Positions 50,421 to 63,085 of a stretch of DNA of 64,000 bases are shown here, piece by piece. The translations under genes and the position numbers were made by a program. This DNA is from Camelus dromedarius (Eukaryota): NCBI RefSeq assembly GCF_036321535.1, contig NC_087447.1, positions 33,668,001-33,732,000 of the forward strand, given 5' to 3'. Within the stretch, counting starts at the first letter, position 1. Each line of letters opens with the position of its first letter. The notes under the pieces were generated by a model. That model worked only from the letters and a program-made list of their open reading frames with translations, did not search any database and was not told where the DNA came from.

Positions 50421-53400
50421 TTGGTCTCAGCTTAAGGGCACTCCATTTTACACAGCCCACTATTATAGAAGGCAGACATACCACTAAACTTTTTTCCCAC
50501 CTAAGGCCCCTTGCCTGTAACACTCTCCCCATTCTCTACACCACCTCCCTCTCACTTGTTAAGTCTCAGCTTAAATGTTACTTTCTTTGGGCAGCCAATC
50601 CCATAGAGTAGCTTACAATACACCCATTAAATGCTTCTGCATTCCCTGTAATAACATTCTCCATATTCATAATGCTTCTTGTTTAATGTCTTTTGTTCAA
50701 CTGTAAACCCCAGTAGGCCCTTAAGGGCAATCTCTCTGCATCTGTGTTCATTCACCTCCCTATCTTCACTGCCTAAGCACAATGACTGGGCATTCAATCT
50801 AAACATTTAGTGAAAACAACTGTGCAGTTACAAAGGCATGAGATAGGCTGGGATGTTCAGGGACTACAGGACATTAATAAAGATTTGTTAACTGAGTGAA
50901 CAAATAAAAGAATGATGAAGTGATACAATATGCTCAATTCCTACTAACCTGTAGGAAAAGAAAACCATGAAGCTTAAACTTCTCTTATAAATTCCTGTTT
51001 TTCTTAAATTCAAAACTGGTATTTGATGTCAACTACTCTAGAGTAATATTCTTAGATGTCTGTACCAACAACAATTAAGCTCTCCCCAGTAATTTATTGC
51101 ATATGGCATTAGGAAAGCTTTCTGGAAGAAGCCATGCTTAAGGTAAAACTTTAAATATGAGCAGGATTGTCAAGGAAAAATGAGTAAGTGTGCCAGGTCA
51201 AAGATATCTTTTATATATGCTTGTATTATTTAAATTCTTTTGTGTAGTTATATATATTGTATACCATAGTATAATTACCTACTTATATGTTGGTCTCTCC
51301 CACTAAATGAAGGTCTTTGGGGTCAGAGACTACATTCTTTGTTGTTTTCACAGCGTCTTAAACAGCACTAGTATTCAACACATGTTGCTTAAATGAAAAG
51401 TCATCTTAAAAACTCAGTGTGTGCTTGCCACTTAAAAACTCTTGCAGCCCACTGCTCCTCTAGATTTCTACCTCCTGCCACCTCACATCATCAGTTTCTC
51501 ACCGCTCGACATCAATGGCTGCTGTTTCCTTATATTCTTATATTTTTCAAGCTGCTTTCCAATGTTCTCTAAAAGCTTTAAAGGCTCTGTGGCCCATTCC
51601 TAGTTACTCAAATGGCAGAAAATACTATCAATGGTAAATAAACATTGTATCTTTAATTTTAAGAACAAAATAGTAGATATGAATTAAAAGGTCAAGGTAG
51701 AACAAAAAAGAAATCAGTTTTGTGACTGCTGTGGAGGTTTAAAACCGAAAACTATTAAAACTCATTTTTGTGGCAAGGAGGAGATCAAGCTCTATCAAAT
51801 GCTATTTGTTTCTATGAATCTTTTAGAAGTATAAACTAAGAGATGGAGTACTGAAAGAAACCCGAAAGACAGGAAAAAGCGGGCAGGTAGAAGATGTGAT
51901 ATACTTTACTTTCCAGAATGAGTAAGTATTTTTTTCTCTTTTGAAAAGTGAAGTAAAAAGACGGCTACACCACCTCCCTACCTGAGCCCTTCTAAACAGC
52001 ATCCAACATCTGGGGTGAAGACTAAAACTCTGTAATATTCATTTACATTTGCCATTTAGGGCTGCAACTTTTCAAAGGTAATTCTACTAGTTAGTGGAAG
52101 TTCAGGTGTTCTTTTTGATTATGGTCTCTGGCCCACCTCATATCCATGAGGTTGGATGCTGAATAAAAGGATGAGGAGGAGAAGAGAAAAAAGAAATCAG
52201 ATTGAATACTATGGTGTAACCTTTAGGGACAGTCAGGACATATCACTTGTTAAAGGAAAGGGCATGCTGTAATAGTTACGTCCTGTCTTAGTGATCTAGA
52301 AATTAAAAATGTGACTCTTTGCAAAACTGTAGGTAGAAAGGAAGTGATTTTGCTTTGAGAAGCACCTGATTTGCGTAAATACAGCATTTTGAAAGGTCTC
52401 ATTTCTCCAATATTAGCTATTCAGGGATATGAATAGGTCAGAGTTCACTGATTTAAATTATTTTTAGAAAACACCCTTCCATTCCAAGATTGGTCCTTTT
52501 CTCATTTGGTCTTCTAGAAAAGATGACTGATTTATTAGGTAAATATTAAGTTCTGAGCCATCTGGTACATATAACAAAAATTTATTTTTCAAATTTTTGA
52601 CTCTTTTTTTCATGAGGACTGATCCTTCCTGTGACTACATGCATATACATCAGATGTCTGGAAACATTAGGTGCTTTAAGATTTTTAGAAGATCTGAATG
52701 CCAATATTCACAATGGTTTCTGCCAGACCATAAGACAAAGGGAATCTGAACCAAGGAAATTACTTCCTTACAGGTCATTACTCTAGAGATCACTGCCTGA
52801 ATCAAAGAGGAAAATACCTGGTCAAACCCATTTATTATCACAACCTAATAATGCTAATTGGCAGCCGCTGAGATAAGTCCAGGGACGACTCCCCTGACAT
52901 CTCTAATCAAGAGTCCACTATTATTATTTGGTTTTCATGTTTATTGCTGTGCTTACGATAAAAAGTTTAGTCCTGCCTGAGTGTGATTATTTCTCTCATA
53001 AATTTATCCTGACCCTGTGTATTGCTGATTTCAGACAGGCATGACCTTATACCTATCTAGAATTAAATTATGATTGTAATGTAGCTTAAGAATGTCAACA
53101 TTTCACTCAAATTGTATTTTAGAACTTATGTTCAAATCCTTTCACAGTATTACTAAATTGGAGACTTTAGAACCAATTTTAATGAATTTTAAAAAATGTA
53201 GATTCAGAGGTGTTACTTACAGCATAGTTTTTAAACAAGGATCAAGCACAGGAATCTCTGTTGACTCTAAGAACAAGTTATTTTACTCAACTTCAGAGTT
53301 CCTCATTTTGTGGACTTTTGCATTCTCTCTGAGTAGGTTAAATAATGATTTAATATTGCAGGTGATTCCTCCCACTTTTCTACTTAATCAACATATAAAG

Positions 53401-53979
53401 TTAATATAAAGTGAGAAGGTATCTTTTTAAAAATTAAGATTTTCTTAGTGGTATGTTTCCAAGGACAGAGAACAAAAGTAGACAGGAAGGCAACTAAACA
53501 TGGAGAATGGGTTGAAGAAATTCAGATTTTAAAAGGCTAAAATCCTCAGGGGTCCAGTTTAGAAGGCTAGACTCTCTGTGATTGGGAAAAATGAAAAATA
53601 AGAGGACTAAGTAGAAATGTCCAAAATTTTGTAGATGAAGCACAGGGTACACCTGGACTTTAATCAAATCTTAAAAATATCAGAATATATTACATAGAAT
53701 ATATTATACAGAATCCCTTTAAATATAAGACAACAAATCCTTTTACAGTAGAGTCATATATTATGTAGAGGGTAAGTCACATGACTGAAAAATCTCAGAT
53801 AATTAAAATCACTCAGGAAAATCCCTTAACATTTGGCACTGGAGAGTGAAATACAAACCATTCCTCAGTATGTTCAAGACAAACAGTTCTTGTGGCAATG
53901 GTACAAATCACCATTCCTTTGGTTGGACTCAGGATGAAGAAGATGGCTTGTAACAGAATGTCCTGCTGTATTAAAAATG

Positions 53980-54477
53980 TAGTAGTCCCCGCTTAGCAGC
54001 AGCTTTGCTTTTCTTGGCTTCAGTCACCCAAGAAAATATTAAATGGAAAATTCCAGAAATAAACAATAAATAAGTTTTAAATTCCATGATGTTCTGAGTA
54101 GTGTCTAGATAAAAAAATCTCATGCCTTCCTGCTCTGTCCGCCCAGGCTGAATCATCTTTGTCCAGCATATCCTCGCTGCTTATGGTGTCCACCTGTTAA
54201 TCACGTTAGCATCTAACTTGGTTATCAGATCGACTAGAGAAGTGTTGCAGTGTTTCTGTTCGAGTAACCCTTACTGCACTTCAAAAAATGGCCCCAAAGT
54301 GCAAGAGTAGTGATGCTGGCAATTTTAATATTCTCTTATTGTGCTTAATTATAAATCAGACTTTAATCATAGGTACGTACATACAGGAAAAAACATACAG
54401 AGTTTGGTACTGTCCTTGATTTCAGGCATGCACTGGGAGTCTTGGAAGGTATCCTCTCTGCATAAAGATGACTACTG
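53980..54477 (+). mobile_element. MER44/Tigger7-type DNA transposon
   Basis: Termini tagtagtccccgctta... and ...atgactactg. Body aaaatattaaatggaaaattccagaaataaacaa and atggccccaaagtgcaagagtagtgatgctggc. Confidence 0.9.
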
Positions 54478-54939
54478 AATATACCTTTAGAGACAAGAAA
54501 TCACATGCAGTTCAGACTGATTCTCATACTACAGAATTATTTGGAAGCTGATGGTAAGTGTAGAAACAGCCAACATATTTCCCACCTGAGGCTCATTTTG
54601 GGGCACATATTCATTTAATAAAATGGAGGGTAGACTTATCTGCACTAATTAGATCATCATTTCGCTCTTTTTTTCTACCTGAACAGTTAATTTGGATTAA
54701 GTTCTAGTTGCACATGCTACTTCATTGGATTTGCTTAAGAAAAAAAAGAAAGCTTTTAGAGCCTATTAATCTCAAGAAGTAGCACAGGTTAGAAAACATA
54801 TCCTAGTTCAAGAGTGTTTTATGTGATTTTATGATTGCCTTTGATTCTGATATATCATATCTGGAAGGAAAATGTTACAAGTCTGACTTGGCAAGACAGA
54901 TCACAAAAGAGTGTTCTAATCCCCACAGGATATCACTTC

Positions 54940-55370
54940 TTGTATATCTCAAAGGTGTTTCAAAATCAGCATATCAATAAATGAGCTTCTGATCCTCACC
55001 TCTAAACCTGTTCATCTACCAGGTTTCTTTGTCTTACAAAATAGTACCGCCATTCTTCAAACTGTAAAAGCAAGAAACCGTGGGGGTCACCACTGTTAAC
55101 TCTTTCTCTCCTACCTCATTAGCTAATCCATCCTTGAGTCCTGGCAATTTTACCTTCTAGACAGCTCTCAAATATGTCCACTTTTCTCCATCTCCACTAA
55201 AACTACCTTTGTGTAAGTCCCTGCCTGTAACAACTGACCCATAGGCCTCCCATACCCACTCTGGTCCCCTAACTGTTCTCCATATTCCATCCATGATCTT
55301 TGCAAAGTGCCCTTCTGATTGCACCACTCTCTGCTTAAAAACTTCAATTCTTTCCCACTGGTCTAAGGAA
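54940..55370 (+). mobile_element. L2 fragment
   Basis: Pyrimidine-rich L2 body (ctctgcttaaaaacttcaat...cccactg). Confidence 0.7.
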
Positions 55371-55499
55371 AAGAGAGCAAACAGCACAGGTGCTAAACGG
55401 TTGGACAGCTCACCACCGTCCTTAAACACTGGTCTCCATGTCTCAGGACTGCTGGGTTCACCCCAGAGCCTTCACTGCTCCCCTTCCAATGATTAAGTC

Positions 55500-56275
55500 C
55501 TCCCCAAATGTAACCACTATTCTGATGTTTATCACCATTATATTAGCTTAGTTTGTCATGTAAATGTAAATACTGACACTTCTCTGTATCTGGCCTTCTT
55601 TTTTCTTTTTTCATGAACATTCTGTTCTTGAAATTCATCCATGTAATAGTGTATAGTTAAGATCACTTTTTTCCATTGATGTATATTATTCCATAAACAT
55701 ACTGCACATATTTATCCATTCTACTATTGATGAATGTTTGGCTTAATTCCAGTTTAAGACTCTAATGAACAATGCTGCAACAGACATTCTTGTACATGTC
55801 TTTTTGGTGAACATATGAAACCATTTCTAAGAGTGAAAAGGTAAAGCCACAGGGTAAGCATGCGTTGAGCCTCGGTAGCTACAGCAGGTAGCGGAGTTTT
55901 ATGGAAACAACTTAGCACAGTACCTCTGCCCCATCACCGTTATGCATTTCCTAGAGTACTGTCATTAGTATGATTCTTTTAAAAGATCCAACTATAAAAA
56001 ATTTCAGACAGATACACAATTACAGAACCTCTGAGTTCCTATCACCTATATTCAACAGTTACCAGTATTTGGCACATTGACTTCATCTCTTCTCCCTCTG
56101 CCCCACATTTCTGATGAACTATTTTGAAGCACACCTTGGCATCATGTCATTTCTCCCTTACCTGTTTACATCTCTGAAAACTACGAACATTTCTTTATAC
56201 AACTACAATGCCTTTACCACACAAAACCAAATTCTCAGTAATTCTTTGGTATTATCTAATACTCATAAAGTGAGT
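55500..56275 (-). mobile_element. old L1 3' fragments
   Basis: taaccactattctg...tttatccattctactattgatg...aatgctgcaacagacattcttgtacatgtc. Confidence 0.75.
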
Positions 56276-57286
56276 TTTAATATCTATCTCCCCCATCAAT
56301 GCCTCAGGAATAGAAGAGCTGTTTGTTTTGGTTTATTACTATATTCCCAATGGCTTGCAGCTCTTAACATATAATACCACTCAAAAAACAGTTCCTGGGA
56401 ATAAATAAAGGGATTTAAGTATTCACAACACCATCAAAGCCTAACTTCAAAGCTTCAGGTTTCAGAGAAGAGTAGGAAGTTCAGGACCATGCTCTAGATT
56501 TGTACAGTCGTTCATTTAAGGAGAAACCTAAAACTGACTGTAGACGTGGAATCACATCATTACAAATGCTCTTCCTCTTAGACATAAAATTTACTTAATG
56601 AAGCCTATTAAAATATATACCAGATGTCCCACTAAAATCTATGATGCAAGTTCAAGACAAATCTTACTATTTCTAAGCAGCACAGATGTGTTTAAATAGT
56701 TAGTTTCTTTAGTTGATTAGCTTCGCAAGGTCAAAATTAGGTCAATTTACACTCAAAAGTACTAAGAACTGATTTAATACCAAGGAATGAGTTTAGAATT
56801 AGTAGGCTTCTACTGTTAGAGATTTTTCAAAAGCTTTTAAAAGAAAACTTAAAGAACACAACCACAAAGAAATGGGCTCATCTTGATGCTTCTTCTTGAG
56901 CCATCAGAAAAATTTAAAGCTTAATTAAAACATAAAATGAAAATAAGGAGCACCATGAGTACAGAATCAGTAAAGTTTGAATGGTAAACATTTTAACATT
57001 TCTTTTAATAACATGTGCATTAGCCTTGGAAAACTGTAACTCAAGACTTGTTCTGACTCCATCCAAAGCTTAACTATCAGTGACTCTTAAGCATATGTGT
57101 CTACCATTTATCAAATATGTCACTTTTTTTTTAAATGGAAAAACCAAAATGAGAATTGAGAGGTAACATACAATTTATTTTCAGTTCATTCACTAACTTT
57201 TGTTTATTTTCATTTACTTTTCCTAATATTAAAAAATCCTAAATATGTAGGATTTTCCAGATTGGGCTTTTAAAACAATGTACTCA

Positions 57287-60200
57287 GGGACTTTTGTTTC
57301 TAGTAGATATAGATGATTGCAAAAGGCTCTCCCCTCACTCTGAGATAACAACAGCAACAACAAAACTGGGTAAACTAAACAATTATTATATTTTTCATTA
57401 GAATCATTGAAAAGCGTCAGAGGTAAAGAGGTCTAAATAAACTATTTCCAGAGAAGAATGAGCCATTCCTAGTTGACCAAACAGAAACAGTGGCTTTCAT
57501 AACTGATAGCACTTATCCAATGCTGAGGCAAAGCAGCAAAGCCACAGGTCAGACATATGGGGGAACACGTAGCTGCGTGAACACTGCTGCTGTGGTGGCT
57601 GACATGTTGGATTACTGGCTCCCAGACCTGGCCCCACCGAACAGCCTGCAGACACAGCCCCACTCATCAACAGACTGGCTGCCTAAAGAGTAAGGAGCCC
57701 ACAGCCGCCTCTGGGCTTGCACCTAGACATGGCCCAGCTCACCAGAGGGCCAAGACCAGCTCCACCCACCAGTGGACAGGCACTGGCCCCTGCCATCAAG
57801 AAGTCAGATCAAGCCTCTAGACACCAGAAGCAAGAAAACTATGATCCTGCAATGCAGGCCAGACCCTATCCTGGGACTCGCTGGGCCCTGGCCTGGCCCA
57901 AAAGCAGAGCAACACACCCTTCTGGACACCCCTGGACCCCTTATCCAACTGTGTCATGGACCACCCCACCTGGCCCCAACCCAACAATCTGAAACAAGCT
58001 CTGGGATCCCTGGGCCTTGCAGCCAGACTTCAGGAACTAGTTCTGCCTACCAGGAGACCGGCACAAATTCCAAGGTCTGGCTACACCAGCCACTGCATAG
58101 ACAACAGCTCCAGAGGCTTTAGGACCCTGACTCCGCCTACCAGTCAGCCAGCTCTAGGGAGCCCCTAGGATTCTTCAACCAGTCACCCCATGACCAGGCC
58201 CCACTAAACAGCAGCCAGCAGCATCCGCACAAGGCAGGGCCAGGCACCAACCAGACCAGGGGCCTACCAGTCTGCCATATAGTCAGCCTGCCACAACAGA
58301 AGGACCCACAGAGTCCTCTTAGGGTAAAACCCTAAGCATACAGCTTGGGTGACGAGAGGGGAGTACACTGCTGAAACGCACAGAACACTTTCTAAAGAGG
58401 GCCACTGTTTCAAGGCTGAGAAACCTAACTAACCTACCCCATTCAGAGAAATACAAATAGCACCTTAGACAGAATGAAGCAGCAAAGGAGTATGCTTCAG
58501 ACGAAGGTACAAAATAAAACCCTAGAAGAACTAAGTGACGTGCAGACAGGCAATCTACCCAAGAAACAGTTCCAAGTAATGATGAAAAGATCAAAGAACT
58601 CAGAAAGAGAATGGATACACAGAACAAGAAGTTAGAAGTTTTACTGAAAAGTTAGAAGATATAAAGAATAGCTAGAGATGAAGAATAGAATAACTGAAAT
58701 GAAAACCTGCTGTTGACAGCACAGGTTATGGGCGAAGATATTATCCCAGAAAAAAAATAAGAGACGAGGTTCACACAGAGGTAAAGTGTGTTGGCCTTGC
58801 GGTCCAGATTGCCTTGGTGATCACATCCTCAAAGGAATTTGAAGACAAGTGGTTCAGAAAGATCAAAGACCACTTCTGTCCCTTTGAAAATCAGCTCCAT
58901 ACAGAGATAAAAATTTTGGTTTTGTGGTCCCTTTAAAAATAAAACATCTTGTATTGTATTAATTGTCCTGGTTTACTTCAGACAGAATCCACTGCTAATT
59001 ATGGAATAAACTAAACTAACAACAATTATTTTATATTTTTATGAATATATAAAAGGAAGGAATCAATAGCAGACTGGAAGGAATAAACACTAGACTAAAT
59101 GATTCAGAAGAACAGATCAGTGAGCTGGAAGACAGAGTAGTGGAAATCACTGCTGCTGAACAGAGAAAAGAAAAGAATGAAAAAAATGATGACAGTTTAA
59201 TAAACCTCTGGGAAAACATCGACAGCATTAATATTTGCATGATAGGGGTCCCAGAATGTGAAGAAAGAGAGAAAGGGCCTGAGAATATATTTGAAGAGAT
59301 AGCTGAAAACCTCTCTAAACTGGGAAAGGAAATAGTTACCCAAGTCCAGGAAGTATAGAGAGTCCCATAAAGGATTAACCCAAAGAAGAACATCAAGACA
59401 TACTATAATCAAATGACAAAACTAAAGATAAAGAGAGAACACTAAAAGCAGCAAGGGAAAAGCAACAAATAACACAGAAGGAAACTCCCATAAGACTATC
59501 TGGTTTTTCTGCTGGTTTTTTTTCTGCTGGTTTTTCAGCAGAAACTCTGCAGGCCAAAAGGGAGTGGCACGATATATTTAGTGATGAAAGGAAAAACCTA
59601 CAACCAAGAATAATCTACCCAGCAAGGCTCCCGTGCAGATTTGATGTAGGAAACAAAAGCTTAACAGATAAGCAAAAGCTAAAAGAATTTCAGCATCACC
59701 AAACCAGCTTTATAACAAACATTAAAGGAACTTCTCTAGGCAAAAAAGAAAAGGCCACAACTAGAAACAAGAAAATTTCCGATCGAAAAAGCTCACTGTT
59801 GAAGGCAAACATAAAGGTAGGAAGTCATCCACAAACAAAGCTAGTAGGGAGGTTAAAAGACAAAAGTAGTAAAATCATCTGTATCCACAAAACAATTAGA
59901 TGTAAAATATGATTTCAAAAATAGTAATCATGAGGGAAGGAGAGTATAAATGCAGGCTATTTAAAGTGTGTTTCATCTTAGGAGATCAGCAACTTTAAAC
60001 AATCATATATATATACACACACACAAACACATACACACACACACACACACACACGACATATATATGTATCAGCTTATACAAAAACCTCACGGAAACTGCA
60101 AACCAAAAATCTATAAAAAAGAAAAAAGAATCCAAACATAACAGTAAAGATAGTTATCAAATCGTAAGAGAAGAGAAGAGAACAAAAGAAGAAAGGGGGA

Positions 60201-61942
60201 AATAAAGATCTATAAAAACAGGTCCAAAACAATTAACAAAACGGCAATAAGAATGTACATATTGGTAATTACCTTAAACGGAAATGGACTAAATGCTCCA
60301 ACCAAAAGACAGACTGGCTAAACAGATACAAAAACAAGACCCAAATATATGCTGTCTACAAGAAACTCCCTTTAGATCTAGAGGCACATAGAGATTGCAA
60401 GTGAGGGGATGGAAAATGATATTCTATGCAAAGAAAAAATTGAAAGAAAGCTGGAATAGCAATACAGACAAAATAAACCGTAAAATAAAGACTGTTACAA
60501 GGACACTACACAATGATCAAGGGATTAATCCAAGAAGATAAAACAATTGTAAATATATATGCACCCAACACAGGAGCACCTCAATATATAAGGCAAATAT
60601 TAACAGACATAAAAGGAGAAATTGACAGTAACACAATAATGGGAGGGGACTTTAACACCCTACTTACATCAATGGGTCATCCAGACAGAAAATCAATAAG
60701 GAAACAAAAACACGTTAGACCAAATAGACTTAATTGATATTTATAGAGCATTCTACCTGAAAGCAGAATACACATTCTTTTCAAGCGCACATGGGACACT
60801 CAGGATAGATCACATGCTGGGTCACAAAACAAATCTCGGTAAATTCAAGAAAACTGAAATCGTATCAAGCATCCTGTCCAATTGCAATGTGATGAGATTA
60901 GAAATCAACTACAAGAAAAATACTGCAAAAACCACAAACACATGGAGGCTAAACAATATGATACTAAATATCCAATGGATCACTGAAGAAATCAAAGAGG
61001 AAATCAAAAAATACTCAGAGACAAATGAAAACGAAAACATGATGCTACAAAACCTCTGGGATGCAGCAAAAGCAGTTCTAAGAGAGTTTATAGTGATACA
61101 AGCTTACTTCAGGAAACAAGAAAAATCTCAAATAAACAACCTATCCTTACACCCAAAGCAATTAGAGAAAGAATAACAAACAAAACCCAGAATTAGCAGA
61201 AGGGAAGAAATCATAAAGATCAGAGCAGAAACATAATGGAATAGAGACTAAGGAAACAACAGAAAAGATCAATGAAAGTAAAAGCTGGTTCACTGAAAAG
61301 ATAAACAAAATTGATAAAACTTTAGCCAAACTCATCAAGAAAAAAGGGGAGAGGGCCCAATTAAAAACATCAGAAATGAAAAATGAGAAGTTACAACCTA
61401 TGTCACAGAAATACAAAAGATCATGAGAGACTACTAGAGCAACTATACGTCAATAAAATCGACAACCAAGAAGAAATGGACAAATTCTTTGAAAGGTACA
61501 CAGTCCCAAGAGTGAACCGGAAAGAAGCAGAAAATATGAACAGACCAACTACCATTACTGAAACTGAATTAGTAATTTAAAAACTCCCAACAAATAAAAG
61601 TCCAGGACCAGATGGCTTCACAAGGTGAATTCTACCAAACATTTAGAGAAGAGTGAACACCTGTTCTTCCCAAACTATTCCAAACAATTGCACAGGAAGG
61701 AACACTTCTGAACTCATTTCATGAGGTCACCAATACCGTGATACTGAAACCAGACAAAAATGTAAAAAAAAAAAAATTACAGATCAGTATCGCTGATAAA
61801 CCTAGATGCAAAAATCCTCAACAAAATACTAGAAAACCAACTCTAATGATACACTCAAAGGATCATACCTCATGATCAACAGGATTCATTTCAGGAATGC
61901 AAGGCTTTTTCAACATCCACAAATCAATCAACGTGACACACT
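57287..61942 (+). mobile_element. L1 retaining 5'UTR, ORF1 and the 5' part of ORF2, 3'-truncated and inactivated
   Basis: GC-richer 5'UTR to ~58470. ORF1 remnant ~58474-59739 (MEITAAEQRKEK...LWENI...IGVPE...GPENIFEEI). ORF2 from ~60241 with the endonuclease motifs IVNIYAPN and GGDFNT. Many frameshifts and stops. Ends abruptly at ~61942 with no poly(A). (CA)n at ~60016-60053. Confidence 0.95.
58706..59040 (+). pseudogene. non-L1 insert resembling the 3' end of a cellular mRNA (processed pseudogene fragment, parent unidentified)
   Basis: Interrupts L1 ORF1 after gaaatgaaaa, and L1 resumes at ~59041. A reading frame ...[36 protein letters not shown] (58757-58936) is followed by an AT-rich UTR-like tract with AATAAA at 58938 and 59005. 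Confidence 0.65.
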
Positions 61943-62229
61943 AATCCTGGGAGTAAATACCCTTTTCTCAAAAACAAAAGGCTCAACTAGAATGTTTACT
62001 CTTCAAGATACACTTTGAAACACCCCTATTCACTGTATGTACCAATTCCCAACTAGGTCATAACCCAGGCCAAATCCCAAAAAGGACCTTTCCTCTCCCC
62101 TCTAATCCTTTGTTCTTCATTTGAGAGACTCACTGAAAATCAGATCTCCCAAACCTCATAAATATCCTGACTTTGTCTTCCTCCCTAAACTCAGCTTAAT
62201 TTTGATGGTCTTTTCAGGAAGTAAGCAAG

Positions 62230-62760
62230 AAAGAGCACCCTAATCTTATGCTTAAAAGACATTGTAAATTAACTGCTGTGGTACCCAGCCCTGATTCAGC
62301 TCAACTCTGGATTAGATAAAAGGGATCAGCCCCTCATCTTAGCTACCAGAGGTAAGTGGAGGCCCTGCTAGGAGAAAATATTACCTACATAAGTCTGTAC
62401 TTTCTTTCATACAATGTCTAGCATAATATATAGTTATAAAAATATGAGAATAGGAAAATGTGACTCATAATCAAAAGAAAAAAAAGCAACAGAAGTAGAA
62501 TTACAGATGGATCATATAATTAGCAAATAGATCTTAAAAGAATTATTATAAATATGTTAAGAAATTTAGATTAAAAGATTGACCAAAGTGGTTACAAAGA
62601 TGAAAAATGATAACTCAAAAAAATCAAAATAGAAATTTTAGGCCTAAAAAACATGGTATTTAAAATGAAAATATTTATTGGTGATCTTAACAGCAGAAAA
62701 AATACAGAAAAGATCAGTGAGTTAAAAAAAAAGGTGAACAGAAATCATCCAAAAATGAAT
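62230..62760 (+). mobile_element. very old L1 5'/ORF1 remnant
   Basis: aaaatgtgactcataatcaaaag...aattattataaatatgttaag...agaaaagatcagtgag, ORF1-like text. Confidence 0.7.
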
Positions 62761-62929
62761 TTATTAAATGGCTACCATGTGTTAGATTTCCCTTCAATCT
62801 TTCTTTTTTTCTTTCTCATAGAAACTTGGCTGTAAAATTTGATTACCAACTATAATTTTTTGACCAGAAAATACCTCACTTCTGTGCTCCAAATCCCAGA
62901 CCACTGTTTATATTTCTATATTTCTTCTT

Positions 62930-63085
62930 TATATTCATACTACAATGTTATCAGTACCTGCCTCCTCTCACTTAAATGCCTTTTCAGGACAGAGGATAGG
63001 TTTTACTTGTTTTGTTTTGTGCCCACAGATTTTAGACAAGTACCTAGTGGCACACAGTCAGCATGTAATATTTGTTTAACAAACT
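62930..63085 (+). mobile_element. L2 3' end
   Basis: caagtacctagtggcacacagtcagcatgtaatatttgtt. Confidence 0.55.

Noticed and set aside
59140..61580. ORFs with endonuclease or coiled-coil similarity as a functional gene or active retrotransposon
   Set aside because: They are fragmented L1 ORF1/ORF2 pieces with many stops and frameshifts, and the RT core and 3' end are missing.
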